A stretch of DNA of 62,649 nt, counting the filler, from Globobulimina sp. (Eukaryota): the NCBI GenBank assembly GCA_003354225.1. It is 34 parts of 34 records of this genome, joined end to end, with 100 filler letters (N's around TTAATTAATTAA, not from the genome) between each part and the next. Parts side by side here need not be neighbours in the genome. Positions count along the whole stretch, not along the records: positions 12,927 to 14,672 come from PIVH01012414.1; positions 14,773 to 16,518 come from PIVH01012415.1; positions 16,619 to 18,364 come from PIVH01012416.1; positions 18,465 to 20,210 come from PIVH01012417.1; positions 20,311 to 22,056 come from PIVH01012418.1; positions 22,157 to 23,902 come from PIVH01012419.1; positions 24,003 to 25,748 come from PIVH01012420.1; positions 25,849 to 27,594 come from PIVH01012421.1; 26 more parts are not named here. The stretch is one strand, 5' to 3'. Position numbers and translations under genes: made by a program. Below are positions 12,927 to 25,988 of the stretch, piece by piece; the first letter of the stretch is position 1; each line of letters starts with the position of its first letter. A model generated the notes under the pieces. That model ran no database searches. It was not told the DNA's origin and saw only the letters and a program-made list of their open reading frames with translations.

Positions 12927-13418
12927 TTTTTTCGTTATGCAGCAGTATGCTCGGCAACAAATTGCCCGGTTCTTGAAGGATTTATTCGTGTTGGACTCGT
13001 ATCAAATATGTATCGCACGTTTGGTGGAAGAGAATTATATAAGAAATATTCGAAAAATGGTATGTTGTCGAATGGAATGTGCTTTGTGGGGTTGTCAAGT
13101 CGTGTTATATTTGATGAAAATATATATGGATTGCATATATATGACGTAAATAATGCAAATGGGAAATTATTGAAAGATGACAGTCCAATAAAATATGACG
13201 AGCCGTTTGAAATTTGTATAGAACCGTCGAGTGCGAGAATCGTATTTAAGCGGTTATTGGTGAGAGATGAAGAGGGCAAACCGAAACAATATGAATTATG
13301 TTTGCCTGCAATGAAAAGATTCAAAAAAGAAAAATGGTATCCAATGGTTGCAATCAATCCGTATAAATCGAGGTTTCTTGAAACTGGATGCCAAATAAGC
13401 AAAGGGATGATGTTATGA
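12927..13418 (+). CDS. Hypothetical protein C-terminus (possibly beta-sandwich/SPRY-like)
   Basis: Open frame from the contig edge; ends with KWYPMVAI. Confidence 0.5.
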   Translation, partial: FFRYAAVCSATNCPVLEGFIRVGLVSNMYRTFGGRELYKKYSKNGMLSNGMCFVGLSSRVIFDENIYGLHIYDVNNANGKLLKDDSPIKYDEPFEICIEPSSARIVFKRLLVRDEEGKPKQYELCLPAMKRFKKEKWYPMVAINPYKSRFLETGCQISKGMML

Positions 13419-13572
13419 GCAATATCATGTGCTATGATATGTTTTTCATAAAAATAAAAAATGTTTTTTGATGTTTCAATTAAAGAATTCTCCTGACGGT
13501 AATTATTAAGGGCTTAGGTCCGATAATTTTTCTTGTGTTTATGGTAAAAATCAATTTTTTTAATGTAGTCTA

Positions 13573-14672
13573 TTAAATCACTTTTATTTTGTTTGGATTA
13601 CCTTCATCTTTTTCAGATGTCCCTTTCAACAAATTATCTCTTAACATATATCGATCAGAATTTGCAAAATAATTATCATGTCTGAAAGCCGTCTCTGTGA
13701 TCGGATGAAAATTATCCAATAAATTCCTGCGAATATCAAATATATTGCCAACACACTTCAACTGCAACATTTCATCATTACCTCTTTCATCATATTGATC
13801 AATAATTTTTATTCCACAACTTTCAAAAGTACAATCAATAATATTTACCTCTTTCGCAAACGGAGATATTTCAATTCCTCTGTTTCTCTCTAATGTCTCT
13901 GATCCATTCACAATAAATTTACAATTCTTAACAGTTAAATTCGATCCATACATTGCCCAAACTCCCAGGCAATACTCACTAAATGTTATTACTTCACAGT
14001 TCTCCATCCATAATGTTGCGTTTTTGTCCAAAAAAAATCCAACATCCTGCCCTGAACAAAAAAATTTTATGTTTCGAATATCGCATTTTGATGTTATTGC
14101 AGTATCATTTCCCATGTACCAAAAAGACGTCCACAAACGCGAAAGCTGGAAAGTCACCGCAGCTCCGACGCCAATTAATTGTACATTAAGATCACTTCTA
14201 TCAATATGTGATACATTATAAACACCCGAATGAACCAATACGCGATCACCGGAATTGCAAATATTTAAAGTTTTTTCTATGTCTTTCATTGGTCCTTTAT
14301 ATCCCCATTCAGTCTCAATTTTATGTAATTTTGTACGATTTTGATCAATAATATAGGTTTTATTCATATTCTGATCATACTGCACTGGAGATTCAATTTC
14401 ATTGATTGACGCATATAATTTTTTTAAATGATTTCGCTCATTTTGCTCTGAATATTGTTTCCATTTTTTACTAACTGCTTTCGTATGATATAAGCCACCA
14501 AATGATAAAATATATTGAATGATATCTGATGGGAATAACTCATCGATCGATGTTTGTGTATGGTACAATTTTCTACAAAAATTTAAATCTAATTCATTGA
14601 TTTGTTGGCTAATAAAATGTTTGATACGATTAAGAGGAATAAGCTGTAATATTGCAATCAAATCATTACGAA
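13573..14672 (-). CDS. F-box-like + right-handed beta-helix (PbH1) protein, 5' partial
   Basis: SIDELFPSDIIQYILSF..AVSKKW (F-box-like); SGDRVLVHSGVY; repeated xxNCxF strands. Confidence 0.75.
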
Positions 14673-14772
14673 NNNNNNNNNNNNNNNNNNNNNNNNNNNN
14701 NNNNNNNNNNNNNNNNTTAATTAATTAANNNNNNNNNNNNNNNNNNNNNNNNNNNNNNNNNNNNNNNNNNNN

Positions 14773-16518
14773 AACTAATAAACTAATCAATTCGCAGTCC
14801 TTTGATGTGATTGGTTTATCTGTAGCACAGCCGCCAATTATCCCTCCTTGAAATATCCGCATTGCTTGTATCCACTCATCGTAATTGAGTCCATCACCAA
14901 GCGATGTCAAACCACCAATCTCCAACATTTGAAAACCACCAACGAATAACATCTCAGATTCTGCTGCAAAGTCACTCCAACTGATACAGTTAAAGAATGA
15001 TGCCGCCATTTTATTGTTTCTTATCATAACAACAATGCCATCGCCATCGCCCTGACTGGCAAACATCACTGCTGTTGAATATTGCAAGGTGGTCGAGGTT
15101 GGCGCGCAAAATTCCTGTTTGAATTTGTCAAACATCATTTTACATGACACCCCATGGAACACCTTGAGAATTGTGTCGGTTTCATCAAAATATGTGCCCC
15201 AACACTCCACAGCTTCACGTAGAGCTTTTGCCCAATTTGCAAACTCACTGTGTCTTCGTTTCAGCTCCAAATCCGTTTCGGAAGTGGATAATTTCCTGAA
15301 TGAGCTCGAAAAGTGTGCTGATAAGTTTGTGTGATTCGTATATAGCAACACTGCAAATATATGATTGACAGGAATCGGCGAACCGGTTTTAATTCCGTAT
15401 ACAATACGCCATAAAAAATTAGCTCCCCTGATATTCTTACTCAATGTTCTATGTTTGAACATTGCTTTTTTTAATGTATTTCCATATTGTATCTGTGTCA
15501 AATGCCTGCTCTGTAATACCTCTTCTTTGATTGATTTATATTTCTGTGCTATAAACCAGTCTCCGTACGAATATGACGAATGTGTAATAGCGTTGCCTCT
15601 CTCTAAAATATTGCTAGTCCCCGGCAAAATCTCTTGTCGTGTTTTATTATGTTTGTAATACGTATGATAATAAAATCGCACACCATGTGAATATATTGGA
15701 TATGGCACTTGATTATTAATAGTATTATTGTCATTTTTTGAGTCTTCATTGAGTAATTCTGTCACAAATTTGTTTGTTGGTTTGGCAATATTATCATTAT
15801 CAGCTCGTATTTTATTAAATACATCACGTTTTGCCATTAATTCTTGCCGCATTTGATTAATTTCTTTATTTCCAGAAGATTCATTGCGTGATTCATTGCT
15901 GTTAATATGTCTTAATCCCATGTCAATTAAATGGAATTTGAGAATATGAATCTGATCCAATAATTGTTGAACAATAATTGAATCCTCAGATTTACAGTAT
16001 TCATACAGTTTAAACCTTTGTGTTTCATCAATATCATAAATTTTGCCACGATACTCGCGTTTGATAAATGGACACGACGCAAAATTGCAGGTATTTGCAT
16101 TCTTTTTGTACACATTATTATCATCTATGCTTTGTGCATATTTGCTATGATCCGATATGAAATGATCTATTTTTGATCCAGGGTAATGAGAACAAATTAA
16201 TTCATAAATGTCATCATGTTTACCATATTTGCCATTATTTTGTATGAACTGTTGATATACATCTAATAATACGTCAATTCGTTTGACACATAAATGTGCA
16301 GTGTTATTAGTAACATTTTTGGCAGCAAACAGATCAATTAATTTGGCGCTATTTTGAGTTTGATAGCGTTTACATAATTTTTTATGTGATTCCCAATGTG
16401 ATATTTGACACTGCATATTGCAATAATAAACCCTTTTACATCTTGAACATCTACTTTTGACATCTAATTTTGAACAATGTCCGCACTGTCTCACTGTAGA
16501 TTGTTTAGTATCAGTTGT
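14773..16518 (-). CDS. MYND zinc finger + Cys/His domain + ART-family mono-ADP-ribosyltransferase; both ends partial
   Basis: CGHC..CSRCKRVYYC..CQISHW..HKKLC (MYND); LLYT, FHG, PTSTT..AVMFA and SDFAAESEMLF, i.e. an R/H-S-ExE ART signature. Confidence 0.8.
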
Positions 16519-16618
16519 NNNNNNNNNNNNNNNNNNNNNNNNNNNNNNNNNNNNNNNNNNNNTTAATTAATTAANNNNNNNNNNNNNNNNNNNNNNNNNN
16601 NNNNNNNNNNNNNNNNNN

Positions 16619-17310
16619 TTAAAACAAAATTAAACACAACTATGATATGGGAAAAATAAAGAAAGAGAGTACATACACAGCCCTGTTCTGAGAAACATGT
16701 CCCAGACAGCTTTGGCAGATTGCAAATAAGGTTGATGATTTTTGGCAACATAGACATAAACATACGAATTAATATAATTCAAAATGTCCCCTAAACATCC
16801 TAATAAACAGTCTGCACAGCAAAGACATACTAATTGCAGCGCATTTCCATTGCGTTGAGCGTATCTTTTCTGTTTCACTATAATTTGTAATGCGAATACA
16901 ACCGCTTCCAACAGAGTGCCAACACAAATAGGACCAAATAATATTGTCAAAGAGTACATAAATTGTTTCATGACGGTCACAGTTTGCTTTTCTAAATATT
17001 GTACCATAACACCGCAGGAAGTGACATAGGCCACATTCTGCAAAGCGAACAAATGCCAAAATAAAAATACTAACTGCACAAAACCAATAGAAAATAGTGC
17101 AATTGGTTGGCCATTTTGAACCTGAAATATTTTGTTGGAAGCCAGTAAACTCAGAGCGTCGACAATGCAGACTGAAAATGCAATTTTTGCCATTAAAATA
17201 TGTATAAATATTGGAGTCCAATATTGTCGAAACGCTTTCAGTGCGACGTCTAATAAAGATTGGCAAAATGGAATAAGTGGCCATATGTAAAACATCCAAA
17301 CATTTTTTGT
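16619..17310 (-). CDS. Choline transporter-like (CTL/SLC44/PNS1) protein, fragment
   Basis: VAYVTSCG, FGPICVGTLL, CLLGCLGDILNYINSYVYVYVA..PYLQSAK. Confidence 0.8.
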
Positions 17311-17527
17311 TTAGAATTGGAACTAGCTAGTTACAGACATTCCGCTACAGACATTCCGCACATGACAAACAAAGCTAGCAATTGAAGCAAAAATAACGGT
17401 GACATCTCGGCAATCAAACCTGAGTACCTTTTATTTCCATTACTACAGCATCATCATCGACAAAGATCCCAGAAATGGCCACAGCAGTATTTCCATGTGA
17501 ATATATTCCGATGGAAATGGCTGATTA

Positions 17528-17758
17528 ATGGCACAGATCCAATTCCATACCAATCTCTCTGCTGTTTATATCTATGGCATATCTGATGAATGTTACAATT
17601 GTTTGCATTTACCCTTAAATCTCTATAACTTAAATACTGAATCAATCTGCGTCATGATTGACACCCAACATCCATATTCAATCGGTTATTCTTCAGAAAT
17701 GCCGTTTGCTGGATGCCATCCTAAGTTTAACAAAACCAATGGAAATACATCATGTTGA
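17528..17758 (+). pseudogene. Fragment resembling the HGSNAT luminal N-terminus
   Basis: VYIYGISDECYNCL..IDTQH recalls HGSNAT VYWKSECCYHCL..VSTQH; bounded by stops, no TM domain follows. Confidence 0.3.
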
Positions 17759-17949
17759 GTACCATCGATTTATTGATTACTTTGATTGATTGGTTGATTT
17801 GTTTACTTGTTTTTGAAACCATTTCAGGAAAAAATTCTTGTAAAATCTGCAGTAAGTTTCAAGTAAAAAAAGTCTTTAAATTTTCCAGTTTCAAGTTAAT
17901 GTCAACGTGAAAAGGTTTCAAGAATATATCCAACCTGAAATTGACGCCA

Positions 17950-18364
17950 ATGGGTTGTGTTAATGAGACTTTTGCAGAAAATGAAGTACAATCCGCACAT
18001 GAAAATAAACAAAATAAAACACCAACCGTAGACAAGCAAGACCATATTGGCTGTATTAAGGCAAATGATGATGAAACACCAAATGAGATAAATTATAAAC
18101 AACACAAAATTAATACAAAATTATTCAAACAAACTGAAATGAATTGTAATCATACAACAACTGATATTATCGATAACTGTCAACATTTACAGCGATTAGC
18201 ATTTGCGTTAAAATATTACAATAATAAGAATAAATCAGTGAAAGAATGGAGTAATTTTTGTTTTACTGTGTATGGTGTTTTTGTGTTGGATGATTATTAT
18301 CATTTATTAGCAACACATAGCAACGAATTGGATGAAGTTAAAAGAGAATTAATTGAAAAATATG
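17950..18364 (+). CDS. MGC-start (predicted lipidated) member of the Cys/His ART-associated family, 3' partial
   Basis: MGCVNETF; CQHLQRLAFALKYY..LDDYYHLLATH; paralog at 21833. Confidence 0.75.
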
Positions 18365-18897
18365 NNNNNNNNNNNNNNNNNNNNNNNNNNNNNNNNNNNN
18401 NNNNNNNNTTAATTAATTAANNNNNNNNNNNNNNNNNNNNNNNNNNNNNNNNNNNNNNNNNNNNTTTTGCTATAAATTCTATAAATAAATAAATTATAAA
18501 ATGACGGCACAATAAGCGTCGATATAGTAAGAGTCTCTGTATTGTCGCTGTGTCATGTCATTTAAATGGATTTGTTTTTTTTTACATTTTTGTTTTAATT
18601 AATATGATTTTTGTGTACTTGTTCAAGTTCAATGCGGTAATTAGCTCTGTTTTGAACTTGCCAAAGGTATTAAAAATCCATGTGTTTTTTTTTCTTTTTT
18701 CTTTGTTATATTATACGTTTAAGTCTACAAGCATTGGTTTTTTCAATTTGTTATATTACCTCATTTTAAATTTTATTTTTTTGTTGCTTATTCGTAATGA
18801 TTTACTACGCGATCAATGTCCAACTCTGTAGGTCTTGTGCAAGGATACTCGATCAGCTGTAATTAATAAACCTTGGCCAAATATTATCATATCACAC

Positions 18898-20210
18898 ATG
18901 GAAAAATTAATATTATTCAGACAAAGCGTTGATTCTCTTAACGATGTAGAATTCCAAGAGTGTCTTAAATTGACTGGCAGAGAGACGCTCACATCCCTAC
19001 TGTTTATGGCGTTGCATTACCAAATAATCGACAATAAATTAGATAACGTGGAAGCACTAAATTGTATTATTAAAAACATCAAAGACTCGCGAACAAAACA
19101 ACAGGGAAATGAGAATAGTGATAATCAGCAAGATAGCGATGCAGATAATGCTAATGAACAAAAACAAAATATAGAGATTAAAATAGATGATGTTCCATAT
19201 GTATTGCTATCAGAAATATCATCATTTTTACAATTTGACGATAAAATACGATTTGAACAAACAAATAGTTCGATATTTATTGCATTGAATTCATGTAAGT
19301 TGGCATTATATTCATTATCTCCGAATAATTTCTTCAAATTAATAAAATATGGCAGCAAATCTAATAATAATAATAAGAAATATATTTCTAAAATCAAAAT
19401 ATTTAACTCATTAACCATAGAATGTGCAACCACTGCTGTATTTGGTCGGGGTCAGGAAAAAGAAACAATGGTAAAACATGAATTCAATCATCTGGAATTA
19501 TTCAAAAATATAAAAACATTGAAAATAGAATACAATGCAACATGCAAATTACAATGTGTGTTATCACATTTATTTCAAACCAATTTACCAAATTTACAAA
19601 CTTTGCGAATTATTGGTGGTGAATTTCATTTAGATGCCCCAAATCCATTTGGATTTATAATGGACCGATTTGCGGGTCATCCAAATTTACAATTTGTTGA
19701 AGTAACTTGTTGGATGACAAAGCATATCACAATTAATAGTTGTTATTATCACTGGGTATCATTACTGAAAGGAATTGCAATCCACAACTTATATGATGAT
19801 GGAGTTGAAAATGAAATGATGACAAATATTTACAGATCATCTGGAGATAACTTAGAATCTTTACATAAAGGAACATCCGCAATCACCAAGGAAATCGATG
19901 GGAAATTAAGTAAATTGAAAGAAATATGTCTAGCGTCGTGTCATTTTGATGGCGATATTCAAATATTATTGCAACAAAATATGAATGCATTGGAGAGAAT
20001 TCATTTTACAGAGTTCATTGTAGAGAGACGCTTCCGTGAACTGACACAATTATTAATGATAAAAAGTGTAAAATATATTGGATTAAATGTGGCCAATGTA
20101 AAATCGCTACAAAAAAGAACAATGAATGTTTTGGTAAAATCGTTACAAAATATATATACAAACAAAGCTACATTAAAAATTAGAATCGATAACGTGCATA
20201 TTCGTAACGC
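18898..20210 (+). CDS. F-box-like + LRR-like protein, 3' partial
   Basis: IDDVPYVLLSEISSFL..RFEQTNS; LPNLQTLRI, PNLQFVEV and LSKLKEICL repeats. Confidence 0.65.
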
Positions 20211-20310
20211 NNNNNNNNNNNNNNNNNNNNNNNNNNNNNNNNNNNNNNNNNNNNTTAATTAATTAANNNNNNNNNNNNNNNNNNNNNNNNNNNNNNNNNN
20301 NNNNNNNNNN

Positions 20311-20560
20311 GAAAAATTGGTAAAATCAACATAATCAATATAACCATCACAATCTTCTTCTTGCTCCAATATAAAATTAAACGCGCAAACAACTGTTTCT
20401 CTGTTAAATTGATAGCCATTTTGTGCAAACTTTGCAACCATTGATACAAATTAATGTCATCCTCGCCTTCCTCATCGATAAAGGCGCTAAAAAATGCTAT
20501 ATTTCCCTTTTCAGCGTCTCCTTACTCATCAAACTCAACCTCCTCCTCATAATACGACCT
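20311..20560 (-). pseudogene. EF-hand-like coding fragment broken by frameshifts
   Basis: FIDEEGEDDINLYQWLQSL and EQEEDCDGYIDYVDF lie in different frames. Confidence 0.45.
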
Positions 20561-21625
20561 TTTTCCTTCGTACTTATATATAATCTGCGCATTGCAGCGG
20601 TTCTCCTCATGGTTAAACAGCAAATATTTGGGCAGATAATCCGTAACAATCCACGCTGAGATATCATCAAAACCGATATGCATTAGAATCTGTGCTATGT
20701 TGTAGGCCAAATCGCTCATAATTATATAAAAAATATTGTTCGACGTGATGTTGAACAGGAAATCGACCTTATTTTGCAACGACCGCACCCAATACGAATA
20801 ACACGTAATTGAGTCTCGGTCGTAACACTGTAATAACTGGCAACAATCATCATATTCATAGTCGTGTTTGTAAAGCATTGTGGTATGGCATAGATAGCGA
20901 TACTTTTCGTTATTTGCATAGATGATATCGTAATACTTAAAAGCGCGGATATCTCGCTCGCAATGTACGAATCTTTCTGGATTATACTGGAGAATCGACC
21001 GAATGTCGTAGGGAATGTTGAGGAAATTGGCGGTGGTCTCGCTGAAAAACGTGTTTTTCTCTTTCAATATGGAGGCTTGCTGCAATATATTGTGCAGCAA
21101 CGAGGTGAATACTTTGGCTTTCATCACTTTGCCAAACTGGAAGGGGATGCTTTTAATTTCGTTCCCGGTCCATTTGGCTAAGGTTTCCGCATAGAATTTG
21201 GTGATTTTCTCCACGGTCAGTCGTAATATCCACTGTGGAATGGCTAGAATTTGTTCGTTGGTGATATTGTCCATTAAATTACAACTCATCTCATATTCGT
21301 AGGTGATGTCCTCGCAAAATAAGGTACGTTTAAAGCGCAGATTGATCAAAGGCTCGTTGTACATGCTGTTGTTGTTAGGATTGCTATTATTTGGCTCGTT
21401 GCTATGTTCATTGCCGATTCTGTCCATTCCAAAGGAAGATGAAAATAATGAACCCTCGCTAAGGTTGGGTGGCGTTAATAGAGCGTCATCAAATTCGTCA
21501 CCGCAGTCTGTGGCTTCGGTTTCAGATTGTTTTAACGTTTGAGCGGGAGTACATTTCTTGGGCTTAGTGTCGACGATGTCGATTTGAACAGATTCTTTTT
21601 GTAATTTTGAACCACAGGAACCCAT
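20522..21625 (-). CDS. Hypothetical protein with N-myristoylation/palmitoylation-type start (MGSCGS)
   Basis: 367-aa ORF; MGxCxS N-terminus. Confidence 0.7.
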   Translation of the reverse strand: MGSCGSKLQKESVQIDIVDTKPKKCTPAQTLKQSETEATDCGDEFDDALLTPPNLSEGSLFSSSFGMDRIGNEHSNEPNNSNPNNNSMYNEPLINLRFKRTLFCEDITYEYEMSCNLMDNITNEQILAIPQWILRLTVEKITKFYAETLAKWTGNEIKSIPFQFGKVMKAKVFTSLLHNILQQASILKEKNTFFSETTANFLNIPYDIRSILQYNPERFVHCERDIRAFKYYDIIYANNEKYRYLCHTTMLYKHDYEYDDCCQLLQCYDRDSITCYSYWVRSLQNKVDFLFNITSNNIFYIIMSDLAYNIAQILMHIGFDDISAWIVTDYLPKYLLFNHEENRCNAQIIYKYEGKRSYYEEEVEFDE

Positions 21626-21832
21626 AATTAAGTGATTTGTTTTGGTGGTGTCAATATATATGAAAAAAACTGATCTCTGGTCTCTGATACTGTGCTTTTA
21701 TAGAGGCGCTTATTGCTGCTGCTGATGAGTCGGTAACACAGTTGTTCGGACAGAGAGTTCGCAAATAGCCATTCAAGCAGAGGCTTTCCGAGGTTTTTCT
21801 ATCAAATAACTAGACGCGATCGACAAGAAAAC

Positions 21833-22056
21833 ATGGGTTGTGTTAATGAGACGTTTCCAGAAAATGATGAAACAGCAAATGACACCGTTGACAGACATGA
21901 CCATATCGGTTGTGCTGAATCAAAGACAAATGATGAGGAAATTGATTTAAATTTATTCAAACAAACTGAGATGAATTGCAATCATAAAACAACGAATATT
22001 ATCGATAACTGCCAACATTTACAACGATTAGCCTTTGCCTTAAAATATTATAATAA
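21833..22056 (+). CDS. MGC-start member of the Cys/His ART-associated family, 3' partial
   Basis: Near-identical to the 17950 protein over LFKQTEMNCNH..IIDNCQHLQRLAFALKYYN. Confidence 0.75.
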
Positions 22057-22156
22057 NNNNNNNNNNNNNNNNNNNNNNNNNNNNNNNNNNNNNNNNNNNN
22101 TTAATTAATTAANNNNNNNNNNNNNNNNNNNNNNNNNNNNNNNNNNNNNNNNNNNN

Positions 22157-23902
22157 TTTTACTTTGGTATCTTTCGCAGAAACTGCTTCATTTTGGCACT
22201 CTGGGTTGATTTCACCATAATTTGTCAAAATAGATTGTGTTTGCTGACAGCCAATATATCCAAAAATGCATTCAATATTAATATTGGCAGATTCATCTTT
22301 ATCGACAGTAACAGCGAATGTTTCATCATCATACAATTTAAACGCACAGACTTCCGGTGTCACATTTGGTGCTGTCTCGATTGTACCATCTAAAAGAGGA
22401 GAAAGTGCAGATATTGCATTGCCGGCAAATAAATTATATATATTAATATTTGAATTGTCGTTAATGTGAATATTGGCATTAAACCAGACCGAGATTGCCC
22501 AAACTAATCCTGTATCGGACACCAAATGGTGAATATCCACATCATTCCTTATATCGACATCTTGACACATTGTCATTGATATTCCCCTCACTCTGTTCAC
22601 TGTGTAGCCCCATTGATATGGCTCTTGGTCATGTCCATTATTGGTATATTTGCCAGGCAAGCTACTGCCTAACGGCGTATACGAATGGAAACTATGAATG
22701 TGGATATTGTTCAATTCAATGCCATTTACACCGTTAAATCTGATACCAACCAATCCTTTGCCGGGATGGATCATAGCATCTGCGGAGCCAACCAATATCG
22801 GGGAATATGGCCAAAACGGTTTATTTATGATTGCAAATTCTGTCAAATCACTCATATCCGCGGCACCGCCATAGCAATAATTCCACGACAAATCAAATTT
22901 ATTAATTAAATGATAAGCCATTACTTGAATATCGATAATCTTATTGCCAACATAATGCACTTTGAAATTGTCCGCCGAACATCCTTCATATTTGTCATAT
23001 CCTTCGTAGTTATTACACATCGAGATATGATCCATTTGTTTCGCACCGAATACATGCAATGCATTAACCGGCGCATTCAACATATTTAAAATTCTTTGCG
23101 CATTGCGGTCTGTCTCCTTATCTGTGCCTTGATGAAAAGCAATCGCTTCCAAACCGCTATGATCTAAATCATATATCTCAATATTATGTAACAACACATC
23201 CGATGATTTGACTGCGTCAGAACCGGTATACCACGCAATCACATTCGCGCCAATATAATTCAAAAAAATACCATACACTGTGCCAATCTGCGGGTGTTCA
23301 GTGATGAGATAATCCATATTGTCTCTCCATAGTTGTCTGCTATGAACATCCACTGTGTCATCAGAAAGGGGATCATACTCAGCCTCAGATATGGCATATT
23401 TGAAGGATAAATCTAATAAAATATCAACATCATTGACTAAATCAGCCATTGTTACACACTCATCGCGCCCATAAAAAGTGACACATTCATCCGCCACAAT
23501 GCCTTCCTCCGCGATCAGTTTATGCGCTTTCCGCAACATTCTCATATGTGTATAATACGGAGATAACAAACTGTTGAATTTGTTGTCGTGAATGGAAATA
23601 TCCCGCAACTCGACGCCATGAAATCCATTCAATTGAATCCCGTGAGTCATAAAGTCCTTTACCTCAATATTGCGGATCAATAAATTCTCATTAAAATGTC
23701 CGAATATTCCATGATGCGACGATAAGCCAACCACACCATTCTCGATAATTGTGTTTGTCGCAAAGGTGACATCCGTACCAAATGGGGCTGGTCCCTGTGT
23801 TGGCAGAAAATACTGCGATGACAATGCTATGTTTACAAAGAAGCTTTGCTGATAATAAAACTCCAATGATTGGGAAACGGAAAAGCCATTCAAATCCAAA
23901 TG
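22157..23902 (-). CDS. Right-handed beta-helix (pectin-lyase-fold) protein; both ends partial
   Basis: DLNGF..Q, GLSSHHGI.G..N, GIQLNG and repeated I.NI.I strands; open across the whole contig. Confidence 0.7.
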
Positions 23903-24002
23903 NNNNNNNNNNNNNNNNNNNNNNNNNNNNNNNNNNNNNNNNNNNNTTAATTAATTAANNNNNNNNNNNNNNNNNNNNNNNNNNNNNNNNNNNNNNNNNN
24001 NN

Positions 24003-24550
24003 CAAATTTGGTTGACAATGCACAAGATATTGATGGTGCGATTTGGAATCGTAATGCAAGATTTAACGCATTGAGACATGAATCATTTACACGATCTGTA
24101 GAAGAGGAGACGTTGTCCATTGCAATTGGTGAGATGGCTAAAATGGCAAAGGATATTTTAAAGATTGCATTTGGTGATGTTGTGGGTTTAGTGGACATAT
24201 TAGGTTCTATAGAGAATTGGATATGGGAATTTGAATGGAAATCTGCAAAAACGGAGAAAAAATCTATAAAATATTATAACATTCAACATACGTATTATTG
24301 GTTGGTTGCGACATATAAAAATGAGCAATTTGGATTAAAATGTTGTTTTGGGAAATGTGGTACGCACGAATTAAAAATTACTGTTGATTTCTATCAAGCC
24401 GTACCAACAAATAGTGCAGGAAGAGAGGTTATGGATAATTTAATGAAAATTCAAGCGCAGCAGCAAGTTATCGATATTTTTAAAAAAATACAACAACACT
24501 CTGGTGTTCAAGCAATCGGACATAATGTGCAAACATTACATAATGTCTGA
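24003..24550 (+). CDS. Hypothetical protein, 5' partial
   Basis: 180-aa ORF with protein-like composition; no motif recognised. Confidence 0.6.
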
Positions 24551-25988
24551 GTTCTGTATTATATTTAATTTTTAAATTAATAAATATTCATCACAGTCAC
24601 ACTATTAATTTTTCAGAGTCAAACGTTTTTAATTTTATCTTCCAAAATAAAAACGCAAACTATTAAAACTCCGAGATTTATCAAAATTAGATTCTAGTTT
24701 CAAAAAAGCCACTCAAATACTACTAGTATGTTGTATAAAAATGCAGTGCGGAGATAAAATTGTTTCCAACGGTACCTATGGTAGTAATTATTATATTTCC
24801 GTCACTATACAAATATTCTTCCCACTTTGTATCCTTTATTCCAGATTATCTGTACATTTCATGTACAGATTATCTAGAATATGCTGACAGGTATATAATG
24901 GAACATAGTCAGATATATAGTACTATATAATTAAGGGTATTATTAACATACACTTTTAAAAATACAACACAAAAAATGCAAGCAAGCAGATAGAGAAACA
25001 CATATCACATAGCAGACAATATTAATGTCAATAATCATGGTTTAATTCAAATACATATTTTACATTATTATTATTACATATATGGTTTAATATATTGTTA
25101 TTATTATTATTATTTTATTTATTTCTGCCAAGTCCATGAGATAAAATATAAATAATTACTGCCATTCAGATTCATTGAATTTGTGACACATTTCAATTGA
25201 TAGGATGTTGTATTATTAATATGATCGATGAATGAATTTACCCATAAATCATTTTTTGCGTTGTTATTCGTCAATGATATTCTAAAAACATATTCATTTT
25301 GTTTTTTGTTGTTTTGCATAACAAAATCAAAGGGGAGCCCATGAGATTGTTCTTTGTGCCATCTTGCAATTCTTAACAAAATATGCGGGTTTTTACAAGT
25401 AATCGCAATGGTGAAACCAACTAAAATTCAGTACATATCTTCTCCAATTTTTGCATCGAAGTAACATGATCTGTTTCTAATGTATGTCTGTTCCCCATTA
25501 TCTTGATTCAAATATTGCTGAACAAGAGCTACGTTTCAACACGGATTTAAAACTAACTATAAAAAACTTTACAGCCCTACTGATATGAATGGCGTCTGCT
25601 ACCTCAGATTCATACTACATTGGAATTGATTGTGGAACCGTTTAGATATACAATATACATAAACACAAAATAACACATTTATAATATATATTTCACAATT
25701 CACAGGCAAGTGTTCGCGCAGCATTGGTATCATCAAGCGGTGATTTATNNNNNNNNNNNNNNNNNNNNNNNNNNNNNNNNNNNNNNNNNNNNTTAATTAA
25801 TTAANNNNNNNNNNNNNNNNNNNNNNNNNNNNNNNNNNNNNNNNNNNNAAATATTTAGAACACCGTTTGAACTTTATTAAACAACTGGTTTTAATGTTGT
25901 TAAGCACGTTCCTGATGATTTTGATGGAAGTTAAACAAAACAAAGAGTAAGGTTTGGTTTTAAAATGCAAGTCTTCATATATAACTCA

